A stretch of 64,000 nucleotides of DNA from Toensbergia leucococca (Eukaryota), in assembly GCA_022813965.1 (NCBI GenBank), contig JALDZS010000006.1, forward strand, positions 1-64,000. Reading direction: 5' to 3'. Each line of letters begins with the position of its first letter. Position 1 is the first letter of the stretch. Shown in pieces: positions 59,328 through 64,000 of this stretch. A model generated the notes under the pieces. That model did no database searches. It had not been told where the DNA came from and saw nothing but the letters and a program-made list of their open reading frames with translations. A program made the position numbers and the translations under genes.

Positions 59328-62300
59328 ATGCGTGCATCAACTTCCATTGTACTCCTATCCGGCCTCCTGTCAGCTTTCATCGGCCCGTTGCTGGCAGGAG
59401 CAGAGCGATACGCTGTAGGCCCTCGTCAAGGTAGCCACTCATCACCGTCTATCACCTCAGCGTCGTTATCTTCATCATTCCCTACCAATGGACCATCTCA
59501 AAGCTCAAGTACGATGCAAGTCGCCGCTACCTCATTGACTTCATCGACTACGGACACCGATGGATCTTCCAGCATGAAACAGGCATCAAGCATGGCTTCA
59601 TCGCCATCAGCTTCAACCGCAATCGCATCGGCCTCAGTATCAGCATCGCCAAGCAAGGGGATAACCACGAGTTCAACGCCAGCAATAAAAAGTACGCATC
59701 CATATAGACACTACATAGACCCAATTGAAGCTGAATTGCCCAGGTACGACGAATTCAATTTCAGGAGCGTTGCCTCTTCGACCCATAATTACACCTGCAT
59801 TGGCTATCGCTGGAGTATTGCTTATGACTTCGGGGGTGACTTATGCTCTTGTTGGAATCAAGGACAAACGGTAGGTCCTACAACATTTCATCCACTCTAC
59901 TGTACTCACAAGCCCGAAGCCTTCAAATCTTCCTTTCGGCCTTCTACTTGACCAGCCTAGCTACAATAGTAAGTCAACATGGTATCCCGAGGACGCGGCA
60001 AGAATAGATCGTACTAAGCTGTATCAAGGTCCTTATCGTTTATGTAATGAACCCACCAGTTACAAATGCAGTCCAGGGCGCCTACTTTGTAGCCGCCTCG
60101 GTCGTTGGGTTAATTTTTGGAGTTGGATCTTTGATTTTCACAGAAATAACAGAAGGCTTAGGATGCCTTCTTGGTGGCTTTTGCCTAAGCATGTGGTTTT
60201 TGGTATTAAAGTCGGGAGGACTGCTCACTTCGAGCGAAGCAAAAATAATCTTCATCTCAGCATTTACTGTGGCAGCGTTCGCTCTATCATTCAGTAGATA
60301 CACAAGACCATACGGACTAATCGGATGTACATCCTTCGCTGGCGCCACAGCCATTGTCCTCGGCATGGACTGCTTTAGTCGAGCTGGTCTAAAAGAATTC
60401 TGGCTATATATATGGAGTAAGTTTCTGTCTTTCCAAAGTTCGAAAACCAATTATCTCCACTTTTCCATCTCACATTTGATAGATTTGAATAACAACTTGT
60501 TTCCTTTGAATACTACTACATATCCTATTACGAGGGGCATCCGCGTCGAAATCGCCTGCATAGTTTTGATATTCTTTGTTGGTATCATGTCCCAGATGAA
60601 ATTATGGAAAGTAATCAAGGCAAGGAGAGACAATAAGGAACTTCTGCATTTGCAGGACGAAGAGCGCAGGAATCAAGCTGAAGAAGACTTAGGACGGAGG
60701 CTTGAAGAAGGGAACGAGATTGAACGAGAGCAATGGGAGGCGATATATGGGAATAAAGAGCTTGCAGCAAGGCAACTCACAGATTCCAGTATTGGTACAG
60801 ACGGGATCGAAAGCGTTCGGAAGGAGTCAACGAGTGCTTTCACAGCCAGGGAAGTCCAGGATTCACCTACAGAGATCATAGAAATGCACGAGTTGGAGCC
60901 TCTGGTAGCATTCAGCCAGGATGAGTCGAATAGAGGCAAAGGCATAGAGAAATCTAGAATAATTGTTCGCGTAGCCAATGACGAGGAAACTTCTCCGGAG
61001 CCCGTTGTGGACCAAAGCGATTGCTTGTCCCAAGTGTCAGCCAGTACCCGTGTTTCTGAACAGTCTGTGGAGACGGCCCACCAAGATTCTGCAAGTCCAC
61101 AGCCTGCGGATAAAGAAAAACTCACAGAAACGCAATTAGCTGCGAACCCAGTACCAGATATTATTCCTTTGCCGTTCAACGTCCCTGTTGTTCATCGGGG
61201 CAATAACAAAGATCTAATCTCTTCAGCAACATTCGCAGCCTCGGACGACCATCGACTACCGCTTTCTCAAAGGTTTTCTACCAGCACCTCTCGAAGAGTA
61301 CGTTCTCGAGGGTCACAGCACAACTCAACTATTCCATCTATATCTCAAGAAGCTCTGCTTATTGCTCACTCTGATGACGATCAGGATTCGTCTGCTGCTG
61401 CGACTGTTGATGACTTTGCCTACGACTCCGACGTGAAAGCAAGAGACATGATATCTGTGCCCAGGTCGGATTCTCATGGAGCTGTCAGCAGTATATCAGC
61501 AGCAGAGTTAGAACAACCAGAAAACAGCCAGCTTTTCGAGTCCGATGACATTACCGAGCAGCACTACAATGCTCAGGCAGCTAAGTTGAGCTCACAGTCC
61601 TCCTCGAAAATCACGGCTCAGGTCTTGGTATCCCCCAGCTCACCTGATGATGCAGTGGAAAGCTGGGAGGGATCGGTTTCAGCCGGAGGACGCCCTGTGA
61701 TAGAAGAACAACGCACTTATGACGAAGTGTTTCCAGTACGGGCGTCTGTCAGCGATGCGAATGAAGCTCATGCGACGAACGACTCCATGACGACCTCGGA
61801 GGACTCAAAGAAAGCGCCTTCGAATTCTAATCTATACGGCCGACTTCCAGAGCACACATCGAAGGTTGTCACGGCCTACAGGACCAATGAATGGGCTAAG
61901 CACCTTGACAGAGCTCAAAAGCCAGAACTTGATGAACTCGGCACGTCGAATAATCCGCAAGCTTCAGGATTAACTTTGGTTGAAGAAGCTCCGGCGCCAG
62001 TGTACATAAGTGAATTGCAGCAAACGGGCTTTGATGGAGGCCAACTCAAACGCAGCTCTCAAACCCCTTCCCGTCACTCAAATCGCATAGCTCCAAAACA
62101 GCGAGCGTGGTTCGCTGCCTCGGAGGATCCATCACAGCAGTCCCAAGGTAATCCCGGCCAATCAAACTTAAGCCCACGGGTTGAGAGATCGCCTTCGCAG
62201 GTGTCTCTGTCAGGCACCTCAGCGAAAAATGCAATGCCTCTCTCGGTATTGACCAAACCTGGAACGCATCATTCTTCCACGCCTACCGGACGAGGACTCC

Positions 62301-62902
62301 GTAGCAGCTCAACGCCCTTGGTCAGTCGAACATCCATCGAGTCTCCCATCGAAGAAGACGTTGAAGCTTCCTTTCCGCCACGATCCACCCTCACTATGAT
62401 ACCCACCAACACGCTCATCGCCAAGCGCGAGAATATGGCCCGCAGCAGATTTTCCTCCCTTACAGTCAACCAACTCCAACACTCGCCACCATCCTCAACC
62501 CCCAACTCCCGCTCGCGTTCTCCATCCCTAGACGACGATAACATCTCCCTCTCGCATCGCAAATCCCTCCTCCACCAAAACCAACAACATCGCCAATCCT
62601 CCCTCCCAACCCAGCTTCCCCAACAGCCACCCGGCGACTCACGCTCTTCGCTCCTCGCCACCTGGCGAGATTCTGTCGCCCAGAACCTCAATGCAACGCA
62701 TCAGCCCGATCAAGAAGCCGAAACCCGTCGGAGGGAAATGCTAGATGAGAAACATAGATCTAGGATCAACCAGCACCAAGCTACCGTTGCTACGAACCGG
62801 AAGGGGACTATGGTGGAGCAGGCGATGAGGAGGGGGAGCATGCTCGATGCGCATCGGGAGGCGATGAGGAGGATGCAGGGGGTTGCGAACCGGGGTCTTT
62901 AG
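59328..62902 (+). CDS. Signal peptide plus Ser/Thr-rich linker, DUF4203 (TM7S3/TM198-like) multi-TM domain and long disordered tail; about 5 exons
   Basis: LPLRPIITPALAIAG, VLIVYVMNPPVTNAVQGAYFVAA, EGLGCLLGGFCLSMWFL, GMDCFSRAGLKEFWLYIW, YRTNEWAKHL and HREAMRRMQ. Four apparent introns between 59690 and 60482. Confidence 0.82.
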
Positions 62903-62939
62903 ATGGGTGTGGTCAGTCGTGGGAGTTTGGAATGAGTAT

Positions 62940-64000
62940 GATTTATGAAATTTTTTTTTTTTTGGATCTTGTGAGAGAGATATATAGAGACGGTAAAGTA
63001 CACAACGGGAGACTTTTTTCAAATATGGTGGGGTGGGTGTTTTTTTTTTCTAGAGCGGAGGAATGATGGATATATACCCCAGGGTAGACCCCGGCTTTGA
63101 AGTGTTTTTGGTTTTGTTTTTTCCTTTTCTTTCTGGCTTTTGGGAGTGAGAAGGGAAGGTGTGAGTACTGGGCTTTTGAGTACGGAGATGGATATTTATT
63201 TTTGAGTGTGTGAAGAGAGGAGGGGAATGGGGGAGATGTGTGATATACCCTATTATGAGTTTATATATTTCTTTTTGATGGGAGGGTTTAGATCTAGATA
63301 TATAGATATACAGATATATATACACGCAATAGGTACTACCTAGTTAGATGAAAAGTGAAATCTGATACTACTATTACGTCCATGTTTTCTTGTCTCAAAT
63401 TCTTCTCTACTAAAGATTATGCTCTATTCTGAAAACTGATAAATTTGTGTGCATGATTGATGACTCCTTTGTTTTTCTTTTTTTTTGAATCTTTTTTTTT
63501 GTAAGTATGAAATTATCTGCTTCTCAAGAGAATGGGGGGGGGGATAGCATGTTTTCAGAAAGGTGCTTTATATTGAAAGTGAGTCTTTGTTTTTCTCTCT
63601 TTCTTTTCTTTTCAAAGAGAGAGAGAAGGGGGGAGTGTGAGAGAAAGGAACAGAAACAGCACACCCTCAACGCACACAAACCACCCCCCCCCCTCCTCAC
63701 AAAGAAATCCTCAAAAAAACCCTCTCTACAACCCCAAACCCCCCCCCCCCCAAAAAAAACAGCCAAACCCTCTCCCCTCAACCAAAACCCTCCCCCTTTT
63801 TCCAAAAAACAACATTTCCCTCTCTCTCCAAGAACTCACGATCTCACCCTCCGCCTTTATAAAAAAGAAAAAAGTCTTAATTTGCGCCTTTCTACCCCCT
63901 CCCCCCGGCTCAAACCTTTTCTTAGGAGAAAGAGAGGAAGAGGGGGGGGGATGAGATGAGATGAGATGAGTGATGGAGCAGAAGAGGATGTTGGATACAC
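62940..64000. repeat. Low-complexity intergenic tract (poly-T, poly-C, poly-A, (GA)n, (GATGA)n)
   Basis: Homopolymer runs and strongly skewed blocks; the ORFs here are artefacts. Confidence 0.8.

Noticed and set aside
63050..63959. ORFs in the terminal low-complexity tract
   Set aside because: Translations of homopolymer runs, not protein-like.

Overview
Eukaryotic DNA from a filamentous ascomycete (short GT-AG introns with CTRAC/CTRAY branch sites; Pezizomycotina-type genes; possibly a lichen-forming fungus, which is only an impression). Three zones. (1) 0.4-15 kb: an A-T-R NRPS-like reductase, a hidden 3-exon 75-aa Cys-rich gene with an LRGG motif and a probable GC-AG intron, RIT1, and a tandem pair of ancient paralogs of an uncharacterised family that share a 69-nt exon. 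(2) About 15.9-38.1 kb: a 22-kb island with no intact recognisable gene. It holds gene relics, an internal Ty3/gypsy pol fragment, modular local repeats, a duplicated intron-shaped 81/82-nt element, and patches almost free of CpG but rich in TpG/CpA (unlike canonical RIP). (3) 38.2-63 kb: compact core genes (MBOAT acyltransferase, RIX1, YPP1-like, SEC12-like, SAM methyltransferase, GRS1, RPF1, RIM1, F-box-like protein, DUF4203-like membrane protein). The 3' ends of convergent genes show a mirror-symmetric C-rich then G-rich strand skew. No complete novel system is proven. Best leads: the LRGG/Cys micro-gene, the tandem unknown-domain pair, the 3'-end skew architecture and the CpG-decayed island. 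All exon models and counts were made by eye.
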